IMG/VR virus record: IMGVR_UViG_3300045988_166745
Reading direction: 5' to 3' (one strand)
Length of the DNA stretch: 52,374 bases
DNA from: a virus
In this document: in pieces, positions 29,036 to 39,294 of the stretch
How the letters are laid out: each line of letters starts with the position of its first letter
Numbering within the stretch: the stretch's first letter is position 1
Position numbers and translations under genes: made by a program
Notes under the pieces: generated by a model
Database searches by the model: none
What the model saw: the letters and a program-made list of their open reading frames with translations, nothing else
What the model was told of the DNA's origin: nothing

Positions 29036-29075
29036 GGGGTTCGATTTTATGCTGGTTTTTTCGACTGCATTTATG
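29036..29075 (+). promoter_or_regulatory. Conserved 40-bp motif, copy 2 (candidate alternative-sigma promoter)
   Basis: GGGGTTCGATTTT-7 nt-TTTTTTCGACTGCATTTATG, 14 nt after the sigma-like gene. Followed by GGAGGTG and a 5-codon mini-ORF (MMACF). Confidence 0.45.
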
Positions 29076-29144
29076 GAAGGAGGTGGTGCATGATGGCGTG
29101 TTTCTAATTCCCATCAAAAATGCTAAGAAAGAAGGTCAAAGAAA

Positions 29145-29495
29145 ATGAGTAAAGAACCTACAACATTACTGGATGTGATTCATGTAATCCGTCAATTGGC
29201 AGACAAATTGGAAACCATGGCGGAAACCATGACAGAACGGGAAATACAGACGTTTGAGCAGGTATATCCGCCGGAAGAAGGCAATACGGAGGCTGTACAG
29301 AAGCCGGTGTCTGTGAAAGATACGCCGGCAGTTTCCATTTCTGAGATTCGAGCGGTACTGGCAGAAAAGTCACGTTCTGGCTTTACAGATTCAGTAAAGG
29401 CACTGCTCCAGAAACACGGGGCATCAAAGCTGTCTGGTGTTTCTCCCGAAGAATATGCAGTCTTGTTAGAGGAGGCGAAGCAGATTGGCACTTAA
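29145..29495 (+). CDS. Hypothetical protein, first gene of the replication/recombination module
   Basis: 116 aa. Its C-terminal half IRAVLAEKSRSGFTDSVKALLQKHGASKLSGVSPEEYAVLLEEAKQIG is common upstream of DUF2800 genes (recalled). Confidence 0.65.
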   Translation: MSKEPTTLLDVIHVIRQLADKLETMAETMTEREIQTFEQVYPPEEGNTEAVQKPVSVKDTPAVSISEIRAVLAEKSRSGFTDSVKALLQKHGASKLSGVSPEEYAVLLEEAKQIGT

Positions 29496-30633
29496 CGATC
29501 ATGCAAACCGTTTACACGCAGTGCTTTCTGCTTCATCCAGTGCTCGTTGGCTGGCGTGTCCGCCGTCCGCACAGCTTTGTGCTGCCCTGCCGGATACCGT
29601 GACAGACTACGCCCTGGAAGGCACGTGTGCCCACGAGTTGGCAGAGTACAAAGTGCAAAAGCTGCTTGGCAATCCGGCATTTAATCCCACGGAGAACTTA
29701 GACTTCTACGATGCAGAAATGGAAGACTGCACGGACAGCTATGCTCAGTACATTGCCGAACAGCTGGCAAATCTGCAAGAACCGATTGTTTTAGTGGAAC
29801 AGCGTTTGGATTTCAGCCGATATGTTCCCAGCGGTTTTGGTACGGGCGACTGTGTGATTGTTGCAGATGATGTCCTGACTGTCATTGACTTTAAGTATGG
29901 TAAAGGCGTAGCAGTATCTGCTGATCACAACTCGCAGATGATGCTGTATGCTCTGGGTGCATTGCAGCTATTTGATGCCCTTTATGACATTGCAGAAATC
30001 CGGATGGTGATTTTTCAGCCGAGAATCCAGAGCGTTAGTGAATGCGTTATGCCTATTTCTGAACTGTTGCATTGGGCAGAAACAGAATTGAGAACGAAAG
30101 CAGAACTTGCAGCCAAAGGCGAGGGAGATTTCTGTGCCGGTGAACACTGTCGGTTTTGTAAAGTGAAGGCAACTTGCCGAAAACGTGCAGAATACAATCT
30201 TCAGCTGGCACAGTATGACTTTGCTCCCCCGGAAATGCTGGTGGATACTGAAATCGAGGCAGTATTGGAAAAAGCCGATCAATTGGTTTCATGGGCATCC
30301 GATATCAAGGAATATGCTTTGCAGCGAGCAATTTCCGGTAAACAGTGGAATGGGTACAAAGTTGTGGAAGGTCGGTCGAATCGAAAGTATACCGATGAGG
30401 CAAAAGTCATTGAAAAGGTCAAGTCCTATGGGAAAAATCCATACAATGAACCGGAACTGCTGGGAATTACCGCAATGACAAAGCTGCTTGGCGGAAAGAA
30501 AAAGTTTGATGAAATTCTTGGGGATTTCACATACAAACCGCCGGGTAAGCCTGCACTTGTACCAATTTCGGACAAGCGACCGACTTGGAATTCCGCAGAA
30601 AAAGATTTTGAAACAATACAGGAGGAAAAATAA
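29485..30633 (+). CDS. DUF2800-family PD-(D/E)XK nuclease
   Basis: HAVLSASSSARWLACPPSAQL…GDCVIVADDVLTVIDFKYGKG…, plus a C-terminal Cys cluster CAGEHCRFCKVKATC. TTG start. Confidence 0.8.
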   Translation: MALNDHANRLHAVLSASSSARWLACPPSAQLCAALPDTVTDYALEGTCAHELAEYKVQKLLGNPAFNPTENLDFYDAEMEDCTDSYAQYIAEQLANLQEPIVLVEQRLDFSRYVPSGFGTGDCVIVADDVLTVIDFKYGKGVAVSADHNSQMMLYALGALQLFDALYDIAEIRMVIFQPRIQSVSECVMPISELLHWAETELRTKAELAAKGEGDFCAGEHCRFCKVKATCRKRAEYNLQLAQYDFAPPEMLVDTEIEAVLEKADQLVSWASDIKEYALQRAISGKQWNGYKVVEGRSNRKYTDEAKVIEKVKSYGKNPYNEPELLGITAMTKLLGGKKKFDEILGDFTYKPPGKPALVPISDKRPTWNSAEKDFETIQEEK

Positions 30634-31179
30634 ATGGCAAACGGAAAAACAAAAGTGATTACAGGAACTGTGCGTTTGAGTTACGCAAACATCTGGGAAC
30701 CGAAATCCATCAAAGGCAGTGCTGCAAAGTATAGTGTTTCCTTGCTGATTCCGAAGTCTGATAAGGCAACTCTTGCAAAAATTCAGACTGCAATTGATGC
30801 TGCCATTGAAGATGGCATTGGAAAGTTCGGAGGAAAGAAGCCGAGTAAGGCTGCTCTGAAGTTGCCGCTGAGAGATGGCGATGCAGAACGTCCGGAGGAT
30901 GAAGTGTACAAAGACTGCTATTTTGTCAATGCAAATAGCACTACTCCTCCGCAGATCGTTGACCAGCAGGTACAGCCGATTCTCGATCAGAATGAGGTCT
31001 ACAGTGGCTGCTATGCAAGAGTTGCAGTAACATTCTATGCGTTTAACAGCAACGGAAATAAGGGCATTGCCTGCGGTTTGGGCAATATTCAGAAGGTACG
31101 GGATGGTGAACCGCTTAGTGGACATACCAATGCTGCTGATGATTTCGATGCTCTTGAAAGTGACGATTTCCTTGATTAA
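30634..31179 (+). CDS. DUF2815-family single-stranded DNA-binding protein
   Basis: KVITGTVRLSYANIWEPKS…YSVSLLIPKSD…, with an acidic tail DDFDALESDDFLD. Confidence 0.8.
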   Translation: MANGKTKVITGTVRLSYANIWEPKSIKGSAAKYSVSLLIPKSDKATLAKIQTAIDAAIEDGIGKFGGKKPSKAALKLPLRDGDAERPEDEVYKDCYFVNANSTTPPQIVDQQVQPILDQNEVYSGCYARVAVTFYAFNSNGNKGIACGLGNIQKVRDGEPLSGHTNAADDFDALESDDFLD

Positions 31180-31216
31180 CTAAAATGGCAATTTAGTAAT
31201 AAGGACGGTGAGAAAA

Positions 31217-31327
31217 ATGGAGGCAATTCTTTCCGTTGTTATTGCGGTTCTTTGGTGCATTTCAATGTTCTGTTGGGCAGCAATTTCCGTTGCTGCACTG
31301 ATTGATCATTTCAAGAATCACAAGTAA
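31217..31327 (+). CDS. Possible 36-aa membrane peptide
   Basis: MEAILSVVIAVLWCISMFCWAAISVAALIDHFKNHK. Weak RBS. Below the ORF-track cutoff. Confidence 0.3.
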   Translation: MEAILSVVIAVLWCISMFCWAAISVAALIDHFKNHK

Positions 31328-31387
31328 GCAAAAATGTCGGGTGGGCGACTGACGGAGTATCTGTTCGGGTGGGTAATAGGTGTAACA

Positions 31388-33358
31388 ATGCAAAAATTGA
31401 TGATTGACTTAGAAACAAAAAGTGATGTGGATATTACAAAAGCCGGGGTTTACCGCTATGCGGATTCCCCGTATTTTGATATTCTGCTTTTTGCATATTC
31501 CGTGGACGATGCCCCAGTGAAGGTAGTTGACCTTGCCTGCGGCGAACAGCTGTCGGAAGAAATCCTCAACGCTCTGACGGATGACCGCATCCAGAAACAT
31601 GCCTTCAACGCCAGCTTTGAACGGGTCTGCCTGTCGGTCTGGTTGCGGCGAAACTATCCGGAATGCTTCATTTCCTATGGATTGCAGGAGGATGCCTGCG
31701 GCAACTACCTCAGCCCGAAAGCATGGCGGTGTACGATGGTGGCAGCTGCCTATCTGGGCTTGCCGCTGAGCCTTGCCGGCGTGGGGGCAGTGCTACAGTT
31801 ACAGCAACAAAAAATGTCCGAGGGGAAAGCCCTGATTCGCTATTTCTGCGTACCATATGACCATGTAAACGGCATTCCGCAGTTTCATGCTCCGACCGAT
31901 GCTCCAGAGAAGTGGGATGTCTTTCGGGCATACAACAAACGGGATGTGGAAACCGAACAAGCGATTGAACAAAAAATTGTTCGGTTCCCTGTGCCGGAAT
32001 TTGTTTGGCGAGAGTACGATCTTGACCAGACCGTCAACGATCGAGGAATACAACTGGATTTGCAGTTGGTGCAGCAAGCAATTCGTATGGACACATTGAC
32101 AAAGGACAAGCTATTGCATCTACTGAAAAATCTGACCGATTTGGACAATCCGAATTCTGTTCAGCAAATGAAACAATGGCTGGCGGAACATGGACTGGAG
32201 TTAGAATCATTGGGAAAAAAAGAAGTACAGGAACAATTGAAAACTGCTCCGCCGGACTTGCGAGATGTGTTGTTACTGCGACAACAAGTATCAAAATCCT
32301 CGGTCAAAAAGTATCAAGCCATGCAAAATGCCGTCTGCTCGGATGGTCGTGCAAGAGGCATGTTTCAGTTCTATGGTGCAAATCGAACAGGTCGAGAGGC
32401 TGGTCGTATCATTCAGCTGCAAAACCTACCACAGAACCATCTCCCCGACCTGGAAGCGGCTCGGGAACTCGTGAAGTCCGGCAACCTGGAAGCCGTGGAA
32501 CTGCTGTATGAAGACGTTCCGGACACGCTCTCGCAACTGATTCGGACGGCGTTCGTGCCAAAGCCCGGTTATCAGTTCCTCGTGGCAGATTTCTCGGCGA
32601 TTGAAGCAAGAGTGATTGCATGGCTTGCCGGTGAAACGTGGCGAATGCAGGCGTTCGCAGACGGCAAGGACATCTACTGTGCCTCGGCTTCTAAGATTTT
32701 CGGCGTGCCAGTAGTCAAGCACGGCATCAACGGACACTTGCGGCAGAAAGGCAAGGTCGCAGAATTGGCGTGTGGCTACGGCGGATCGGTCGGAGCAATG
32801 AAAGCCATGGGTGGAGCGGAAATGTCTGATGCAGAACTGAAGCAAATTGTGACGGACTGGCGAACTGCTTCTCCACACATTGTACAGTTGTGGTGGGATG
32901 TAGAAAATGCGGCCATCAAAGCTGTGCGGGATAAAACCGAAACAGAGACCCACGGCATTCACTTCTCTTATGAATCTGGTTTTCTGTTTATCAAACTGCT
33001 GTCCGGCAGACGGTTGGCATATGTCAAGCCACGCATCGGTGAAAATCGCTTCGGCGGTGATTCTATCACCTATGAGGGCATTGGCACGGGCAAAAAATGG
33101 GAACGCTTGGAAACTTACTCCGGCAAGCTGGTCGAAAACATTGTTCAGGCAACCGCACGAGATCTGCTCTTCTATTCCATGCAAACGCTATCACAATACT
33201 TCATTGTCGGTCATATTCACGATGAAATGATTATCGAATGCCCGAAAGATACAAAGCTGGATGAGATCTGTCAGCAGATGGCGATAACGCCAGACTGGGC
33301 AAAGGGACTGTTGCTTCGGGCAGACGGATATGAATGCAGCTTTTACAAGAAAGATTAG
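31388..33358 (+). CDS. Family A DNA polymerase (with 3'-5' exonuclease domain)
   Basis: Start MQKLMIDLETKSD (ExoI DxE). …FVADFSAIEARVIAWLAGE…KGKVAELACGYGGS…HDEMIIE polymerase motifs. Confidence 0.9.
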   Translation: MQKLMIDLETKSDVDITKAGVYRYADSPYFDILLFAYSVDDAPVKVVDLACGEQLSEEILNALTDDRIQKHAFNASFERVCLSVWLRRNYPECFISYGLQEDACGNYLSPKAWRCTMVAAAYLGLPLSLAGVGAVLQLQQQKMSEGKALIRYFCVPYDHVNGIPQFHAPTDAPEKWDVFRAYNKRDVETEQAIEQKIVRFPVPEFVWREYDLDQTVNDRGIQLDLQLVQQAIRMDTLTKDKLLHLLKNLTDLDNPNSVQQMKQWLAEHGLELESLGKKEVQEQLKTAPPDLRDVLLLRQQVSKSSVKKYQAMQNAVCSDGRARGMFQFYGANRTGREAGRIIQLQNLPQNHLPDLEAARELVKSGNLEAVELLYEDVPDTLSQLIRTAFVPKPGYQFLVADFSAIEARVIAWLAGETWRMQAFADGKDIYCASASKIFGVPVVKHGINGHLRQKGKVAELACGYGGSVGAMKAMGGAEMSDAELKQIVTDWRTASPHIVQLWWDVENAAIKAVRDKTETETHGIHFSYESGFLFIKLLSGRRLAYVKPRIGENRFGGDSITYEGIGTGKKWERLETYSGKLVENIVQATARDLLFYSMQTLSQYFIVGHIHDEMIIECPKDTKLDEICQQMAITPDWAKGLLLRADGYECSFYKKD

Positions 33359-33369
33359 GAGGATTCCAT

Positions 33370-33588
33370 ATGTTTTACATCAAAGAAAACTTGAATGACA
33401 CCACCAGTATCTCCGTGGAGATCAACAACGAAAACGTATACTGCCATTGCCCGCAGTGCGGTGCAGAAGTGCCGGTTGATCTGAGTATCTTCTGGACAGC
33501 AGAAAACTTTGACATTTTCAGCAGTGCCGTTTACTGCGATGCCTGCACACTGAAGCGGCTGAAAGGAGTATTGCATGAATCGGTATAA
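33370..33588 (+). CDS. Small zinc-ribbon protein
   Basis: AGGAGG lies 8 nt upstream. CHCPQCG…YCDAC. Confidence 0.6.
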   Translation: MFYIKENLNDTTSISVEINNENVYCHCPQCGAEVPVDLSIFWTAENFDIFSSAVYCDACTLKRLKGVLHESV

Positions 33589-34003
33589 CGTTGAGGGGTA
33601 CATCGATCTCACTGCTTATGAGGCACTGAGCCGTATTGAACGAGAGGAACGCAGGGCGAAAAAGGCTGCCGCTTATCGACCGCTGGTATACATCTGTTCT
33701 CCCTATTCCCACGGCTGCATCAACGACAATATCGAAAACGCCAGACGATACAGCCGCTTTGCGGTAGATACGCACTATGTCCCTATCGCTCCCCACTTAC
33801 TGTTTCCGCAGTTCATGGATGACAGCCTGGGTGAAGATCGTCAGACAGCGATGTTCATGAATTTGGTACTGCTGTCAAAGTGTGCCCAGCTGTGGGTGTT
33901 TGGTTCTATGCGGTCGGAGGGGATGCAGCAGGAAATCAAATGGGCAAAGCGGCGACATATGACCATTCGGTATTTTACAGAAGAACTGGAGGAAACAGAG
34001 TGA
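33575..34003 (+). CDS. DUF4406/nucleoside 2-deoxyribosyltransferase-like protein
   Basis: VYICSPYSHG…PIAPHLLFPQFMDD…LLSKCAQLWVFGSMRSEGMQQEI. Confidence 0.45.
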   Translation: MNRYNVEGYIDLTAYEALSRIEREERRAKKAAAYRPLVYICSPYSHGCINDNIENARRYSRFAVDTHYVPIAPHLLFPQFMDDSLGEDRQTAMFMNLVLLSKCAQLWVFGSMRSEGMQQEIKWAKRRHMTIRYFTEELEETE

Positions 34004-34335
34004 TGTATCAATTCCCACAAATGCTGCAAAAATTGATGGAGTGCCATCCAACGTACCGCAGAAGAATTACACAAAAAGAACTGGCTGAACACGTTGGAGT
34101 TCGACCGCAAACAGTCTCTCTGTACCTAAAAGGTGAAACGGCTCCCTCACCGAGGCTTTTATTAAAAATGGCGGATTACTTGTGCGTGTCGACAGATTAT
34201 TTATTAACGGGGCAAGATGGTGAACAGTCTGGAGATGTAATTACTATGGACTCTTTGCGTGATATACAAAAGCAAGTGTGCGGAATTATGAGTCAGACAA
34301 ATACGCTGATTGCAGAACTGGAGGCAAAGAAATGA
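34003..34335 (+). CDS. XRE-family HTH protein
   Basis: ITQKELAEHVGVRPQTVSLYLKGETAPSPRLLLKMADYLCVSTDYLL. Confidence 0.75.
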   Translation: MYQFPQMLQKLMECHPTYRRRITQKELAEHVGVRPQTVSLYLKGETAPSPRLLLKMADYLCVSTDYLLTGQDGEQSGDVITMDSLRDIQKQVCGIMSQTNTLIAELEAKK

Positions 34336-36578
34336 AATTTACGCTTTATACAGCTACCTGCCGTGAAAATGCCAAAAATATCAAATATCCGAAGGATGTA
34401 GAGGTAATTGACGAGGAAAGTTTGAAGTCTGCGGTGCAATTTGACCATGTTTCTGCAAAATTTACGGATGATAAAAGGAGCAATGCCAGCTTTATAGAGA
34501 GCGATTGTCTGATGTTTGATTGCGATAATAGCCACTCTGAAAATCCAGAAGATTGGGTTACACCTTTGGAACTGGCATTGACATTTCCAGACGTAGCATT
34601 CGCAGTTGCCTATAGCAGAAATCACATGAAAAACAAGGGAAACAGAATCGCACGTCCTAAGTTTCATGTCTATTTTGAAGCAGAAAAAGGGATGTCCGTA
34701 ACAGAACGACAGAATTTGAAAAAACAGGTTCTGGAACAGTTTCCCTATTTCGATGAAAAGGCACTGGACGAGGCACATTTCTTTTTTGGTGTGGAGAATC
34801 CAAAAGTGGAATGGTATCAAGGCAATCTGACGCTTGCTGAATTTTTTGAAAAAGATGCTTTTGCAGAATGGGATGCTCAGACGGAATTAATTCAAGAGGG
34901 TTCCAGAAATAGCACAATGAGTCATATTGCCGGAAAATTGATCAAGCGTTATGGCAATACAGAGGCAGCGTATCAATTGTTTCAAAAGGCAGCAGAAAAG
35001 TGCAACCCGCCACTGGCAGAATCAGAACTGCACATGATCTGGCAGAGTGCAAAAAGCTTCGGAAAAAGAGTATCAAAACAGGACGGATATATTGCTCCAG
35101 AGTTGTACGGGCAAATGTACAGTTTGCGTCCGGAGGATTATTCCGATATTGGACAAGCAAAAGTTTTTGCTGAACAGGTACAAGGAGAACTTGCCTATAC
35201 AGATGCAACGGAATACCTATGCTATCTGCAAACACACTGGGTAGAGTCAAAGCAGACAGCAGTCGGCAGATGCGAAGCATTTCTGGACAAGCAGCTGGAA
35301 GAAGCGGAACGAACACTGGAAATGACACACAAGATGCTGTTGGACAGCGGAGTAGATGCCGAAACAATCTCCAAGGGCGGAAAGGTGCTGGAAAAAGCGG
35401 TGGATGATGCCAGCAGAAAAGCGTACATCGAATATCGCTCTGCCCTGACTTACCGAACTTTCGTCATGAAACGCAGAGATATGAAGTACATCTCTTCGGC
35501 TTTACAGGCTGCCAAGCCAATGCTGCTGAAAGATATTGCAGATTTTGACAGTCAGGAGTTCTTGCTAAACACACCGACAGCAACCTATGACTTGCAGAAA
35601 GGTGTGAATGGTGGAAGACCGCACAATCCGAAGGATTACCTCACAAAAATGACCGCTGTTTCGCCGGACAACGTGGGGGAAGAAATTTGGAAAGATGCCT
35701 TGCATTGCTTTTTCTGCGGCGACCAAAGTTTAACGGATTATGTGCAGCAAATCTGCGGGCTTTGTGCGATTGGAAAGGTGTATCAAGAGGCATTGATTAT
35801 TGCCTATGGCGAAGGCAGTAACGGCAAGTCGACCTTCTGGAATGCAGTGTCACGGGTGCTGGGTAGTTATAGCGGAACAATGTCTGCGGATGCATTGACG
35901 GTAGGCTGCAAGCGAAATGTAAAGCCGGAGATGGCAGAACTGAAAGGCAAACGACTGGTCATTGCAGCAGAACTGGAAGAAGGAATGAGGTTGAATACTG
36001 CGGTCATCAAGCAGCTTTGTTCCACGGATGAAATCCAAGCAGAGAAGAAATACAAAGACCCGTTCCGATATACGCCTGCTCATACGCTGGTGTTATATAC
36101 GAACCATCTGCCGAGAGTCGGTGCGAATGATGCCGGAACATGGCGGAGATTGATTGTAATCCCGTTTCTGGCAAAGCTGGAGGGCAAGTCAGACATCAAG
36201 AACTTTGCAGATTATCTGGTGAAAGAAGCGGGCGGTGCGATTCTGTCTTGGGTGATGGAGGGAGCAAAACAGGTCATAGACAGGCATTTTAAGTTGGATG
36301 TGCCACAATGCGTCAAAAATGCGATTCACGCTTACCGGGAAAGCAATGACTGGATGTCAGCATTTCTGGAAGACTGCTGCGAGGTAGATAAGACCTATCA
36401 GCAAAAGTCAGGCGAACTGTATCAGGAATATCGTGCTTACTGTGCCAGAAATGGAGAGTACACAAGGAGTACAACGGACTTTTACACGGGGCTGGAAAAT
36501 GCAGGCTTTGAACGAAAGAGAACCAAGAAAGGCATCATCGTTTACGGCTTAAAAATCAAGTCAGAATTTTTAGAATGA
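34332..36578 (+). CDS. Primase/helicase (phage/plasmid primase P4-type NTPase with an N-terminal primase-like region)
   Basis: 748 aa. Walker A YGEGSNGKSTFW and Walker B-like LVIAAELEEG. ATGA overlap start. Confidence 0.8.
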   Translation: MKFTLYTATCRENAKNIKYPKDVEVIDEESLKSAVQFDHVSAKFTDDKRSNASFIESDCLMFDCDNSHSENPEDWVTPLELALTFPDVAFAVAYSRNHMKNKGNRIARPKFHVYFEAEKGMSVTERQNLKKQVLEQFPYFDEKALDEAHFFFGVENPKVEWYQGNLTLAEFFEKDAFAEWDAQTELIQEGSRNSTMSHIAGKLIKRYGNTEAAYQLFQKAAEKCNPPLAESELHMIWQSAKSFGKRVSKQDGYIAPELYGQMYSLRPEDYSDIGQAKVFAEQVQGELAYTDATEYLCYLQTHWVESKQTAVGRCEAFLDKQLEEAERTLEMTHKMLLDSGVDAETISKGGKVLEKAVDDASRKAYIEYRSALTYRTFVMKRRDMKYISSALQAAKPMLLKDIADFDSQEFLLNTPTATYDLQKGVNGGRPHNPKDYLTKMTAVSPDNVGEEIWKDALHCFFCGDQSLTDYVQQICGLCAIGKVYQEALIIAYGEGSNGKSTFWNAVSRVLGSYSGTMSADALTVGCKRNVKPEMAELKGKRLVIAAELEEGMRLNTAVIKQLCSTDEIQAEKKYKDPFRYTPAHTLVLYTNHLPRVGANDAGTWRRLIVIPFLAKLEGKSDIKNFADYLVKEAGGAILSWVMEGAKQVIDRHFKLDVPQCVKNAIHAYRESNDWMSAFLEDCCEVDKTYQQKSGELYQEYRAYCARNGEYTRSTTDFYTGLENAGFERKRTKKGIIVYGLKIKSEFLE

Positions 36579-36725
36579 TGGGCAGGGGTGCAGGTCGGAG
36601 GAGGTCATTTCGTAAACTCTTCTTATAGGTAATTTTTACCAAATTTTCAGCCTAAAAGGGGTTTTATATATTGACCTTAATCGACCAGCACCCCAAAAAA
36701 GAAAAAACTTGAAAAGGTGGCTAAA

Positions 36726-37013
36726 ATGCGTGAAAAAATGATTGAAAGCCGGTTGGTACAAGAGGTGCAGTCCAGAGGAGGTCTTTGTTGGAAGTTTACA
36801 AGTCCGGGAACGGATGGAGTGCCGGATCGAATCGTATTGATGCCGGGTGGAAAAATTGCTTTTGTAGAAGTAAAGGCTCCGGGTGGCAAGATGCGGGCAT
36901 TGCAAATCAGGAGAAAACAACAGCTTGAGAGAGTGGGTTTTTCCGTGTATTGTCTGGATAGTCTGGAACAAATCCGCCCCATTTTGGATGAAGTCGGAGG
37001 TGAAACACCGTGA
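36726..37013 (+). CDS. VRR-NUC domain nuclease
   Basis: GTDGVPDRIVLMPGGKIAFVEVKAPGGK (PD…E.K motif). AAGGTGG RBS. Confidence 0.8.
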   Translation: MREKMIESRLVQEVQSRGGLCWKFTSPGTDGVPDRIVLMPGGKIAFVEVKAPGGKMRALQIRRKQQLERVGFSVYCLDSLEQIRPILDEVGGETP

Positions 37014-38380
37014 AGTTTATTCCGCACGACTATCAGCAATATGCGATTCAGTTTTTGACGGAGCATCCTGTGGCAGCACTTCTTCTGGATATGGGTTTAG
37101 GGAAGACTGTCACAACATTGACAGCAATCAACGAGTTGTTGTTTGACCGCTTTGAAATCCGCCGTGTTTTAGTGATTGCACCCCTTCGTGTGGCACGGGA
37201 TACTTGGTCAGCAGAAATTGAAAAGTGGGAACATTTGAAGCATCTGAAATACAGTGTAGCAGTTGGGACATCCGCAGAACGCAGACAAGCCCTGCATGCA
37301 AGGACGGATATTTGCATTTTGAATCGTGAGAATATCCGTTGGCTGGTAGAGGAAAGCGGTATTCCGTTTGATTTCGATATGTTGGTGATTGATGAGTTAT
37401 CCGGTTTTAAGAACCATCAGACAAAACGATTCAAGGCACTGATGAAAGTTCGACCAAAGGTGAAACGCATTGTTGGCTTAACAGGGACACCGTCCAGTAA
37501 TGGTTTGATGGATTTATGGGCAGAGTTTCGTTTGCTGGATATGGGACAGCGGCTTGGAAGATTTATTGGACAATATCGAACAGCCTATTTTCAGCCGGAT
37601 AAACGAAATGGGATGGTAGTTTATTCTTACAAGCCATTGCCGCAGGCAGAGAAACAAATCTATGATAAAATTTCAGACATCACCATTTCCATGAAAGCGA
37701 TTGATTATTTGCAGATGCCGGAACTATTGATGACAGAATCACGTGTGCAGCTATCCAAGCAAGAAGCTGAACGGTACAAGCAATTAAAGCAAGACTTGGT
37801 GCTGGATTTGCCAGAAGGTGAGATAACGGCAACAAATGCCGCAGCTTTAAGCAACAAGCTGTGTCAGATGTCTAACGGTGCGATTTACGATGACGAAAAC
37901 AACATGATTCCGATACACAGCAGAAAACTTGATGCGTTGGAGGATATGATTGAATCTGCAAACGGCAAACCAGTTCTGGTGGCTTACTGGTTCAAGCACG
38001 ACAGAACAAGAATCACTGAAAGGCTGAGAAAACTCGGAGTTGTCTATCAGGAAATCAAATCGGCAGAAAGCATCAAGAACTGGAACAGCGGAAAGTTGCA
38101 GGTAGCATTGATACACCCTGCATCTGCCGGACACGGTTTGAACTTACAGGCAGGAGGGAACTTCTTAGTGTGGTTTGGTTTGACTTGGAGTCTGGAACTT
38201 TACCAGCAGACCAATGCCAGACTGTGGCGACAGGGGCAACAGTCCGAAACTGTGGTGATACAGCATATCATCACCAAAGGGACAATCGACGAACATATCT
38301 TGAAAGCTCTACAAGCAAAAGACGAGACGCAGACCGCTTTGATGCAAGCTGTCAAAGCAGAAATCGGAGGTAGCAAATGA
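37010..38380 (+). CDS. SNF2-family helicase
   Basis: LLLDMGLGKTVTTL (motif I), LVIDELSGFKN (DEXX), plus C-terminal helicase motifs …QQTNARLWRQGQ. Confidence 0.9.
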   Translation: MKFIPHDYQQYAIQFLTEHPVAALLLDMGLGKTVTTLTAINELLFDRFEIRRVLVIAPLRVARDTWSAEIEKWEHLKHLKYSVAVGTSAERRQALHARTDICILNRENIRWLVEESGIPFDFDMLVIDELSGFKNHQTKRFKALMKVRPKVKRIVGLTGTPSSNGLMDLWAEFRLLDMGQRLGRFIGQYRTAYFQPDKRNGMVVYSYKPLPQAEKQIYDKISDITISMKAIDYLQMPELLMTESRVQLSKQEAERYKQLKQDLVLDLPEGEITATNAAALSNKLCQMSNGAIYDDENNMIPIHSRKLDALEDMIESANGKPVLVAYWFKHDRTRITERLRKLGVVYQEIKSAESIKNWNSGKLQVALIHPASAGHGLNLQAGGNFLVWFGLTWSLELYQQTNARLWRQGQQSETVVIQHIITKGTIDEHILKALQAKDETQTALMQAVKAEIGGSK

Positions 38381-38829
38381 ACATCATTTGGCAGTACTTA
38401 GACAAACGGAGTGCCGCTGTAAACGCACTAAAGGATTACAGCAGCATGGCATACATCATTGCACATACAGACGAAGAAATCGCACAGGTGCATGAAGACA
38501 CCACAACCCTTGGCAGTCCGGCATTTACAGATATGCCGGGCGGCAGTCCGAACCCACAGTCCGGCGAAATGAGAATCATCACTGCCATTGACGAAATTGA
38601 TGTGCTGCGGGAACGGTATCGTCAGGCAAAGGAATACATGGGATGGTTTCAGCCTGCATGGGACAGCCTGTCGGAGGATGAACGGTACGTGCTGGAACAG
38701 TTCTATTGGCGGGAAGATCAAAACATTTATACCATTTGCGAGCACTTCGGTATTGAGCGTTCTTCTGCATACAACAAAAAGAATCGTGCCGTACAACACT
38801 TGACGTTACTTCTCTATGGTAAGGCATGA
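38377..38829 (+). CDS. Late-gene transcriptional regulator (ArpU/RinA/sigma region-4-like)
   Basis: LSEDERYVLEQFYWREDQNIYTICEHFGIERSSAYNKKNRAVQHL. It lies immediately upstream of the HNH/terminase genes. Confidence 0.65.
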   Translation: MNIIWQYLDKRSAAVNALKDYSSMAYIIAHTDEEIAQVHEDTTTLGSPAFTDMPGGSPNPQSGEMRIITAIDEIDVLRERYRQAKEYMGWFQPAWDSLSEDERYVLEQFYWREDQNIYTICEHFGIERSSAYNKKNRAVQHLTLLLYGKA

Positions 38830-38841
38830 GTAAAATCGAGG

Positions 38842-38870
38842 ATGACTTTTGCAAAAAGGTGTGATATAAT
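38842..38870 (+). promoter_or_regulatory. Candidate late promoter with an extended -10
   Basis: ATGACT-17 nt-TATAAT preceded by TGa. Followed by the leader hairpin CGAAAGCCC…GGGCTTTCG (38890-38922). Confidence 0.5.
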
Positions 38871-38943
38871 AATATCATAGAAAACTGACCGAAAGCCCTG
38901 TGGTATTCCGCATGGGCTTTCGTTGTATCCGGAGGTGAACCTT

Positions 38944-39294
38944 ATGCCAAGGAAGGCACTGAAACCATGCAAGCATCCCGGCTGTCCCAATCTGACAGAC
39001 GGCTTGTACTGTGCAGAGCATCAGCCCCTGCACCCAGACCGACCGTCTGCCGCCAAGCGTGGCTACGGCAGCAGGTGGCAAAGGCTCAGCAAGGCGTACC
39101 TCCACCGGCATCCTTTGTGTGTGCGTTGCAAAGCACAGGGACGGTTCACGGCAGCGACCGTGGTCGACCATATCATTCCTCACCGTGGTGATCCGCATCT
39201 GATGTGGGATGAAAGCAACTGGCAGGCGTTATGCAAGTCCTGCCACGACCGCAAGACATGGACGGAAGACCGAAATCCCGTCTATCGGTATTGA
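38944..39294 (+). CDS. HNH endonuclease (packaging-associated)
   Basis: GGAGGTG RBS. CKHPGCPNL…CAEH, VDHIIPHRGD…NWQALCKSCHDRKT. Confidence 0.9.
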   Translation: MPRKALKPCKHPGCPNLTDGLYCAEHQPLHPDRPSAAKRGYGSRWQRLSKAYLHRHPLCVRCKAQGRFTAATVVDHIIPHRGDPHLMWDESNWQALCKSCHDRKTWTEDRNPVYRY

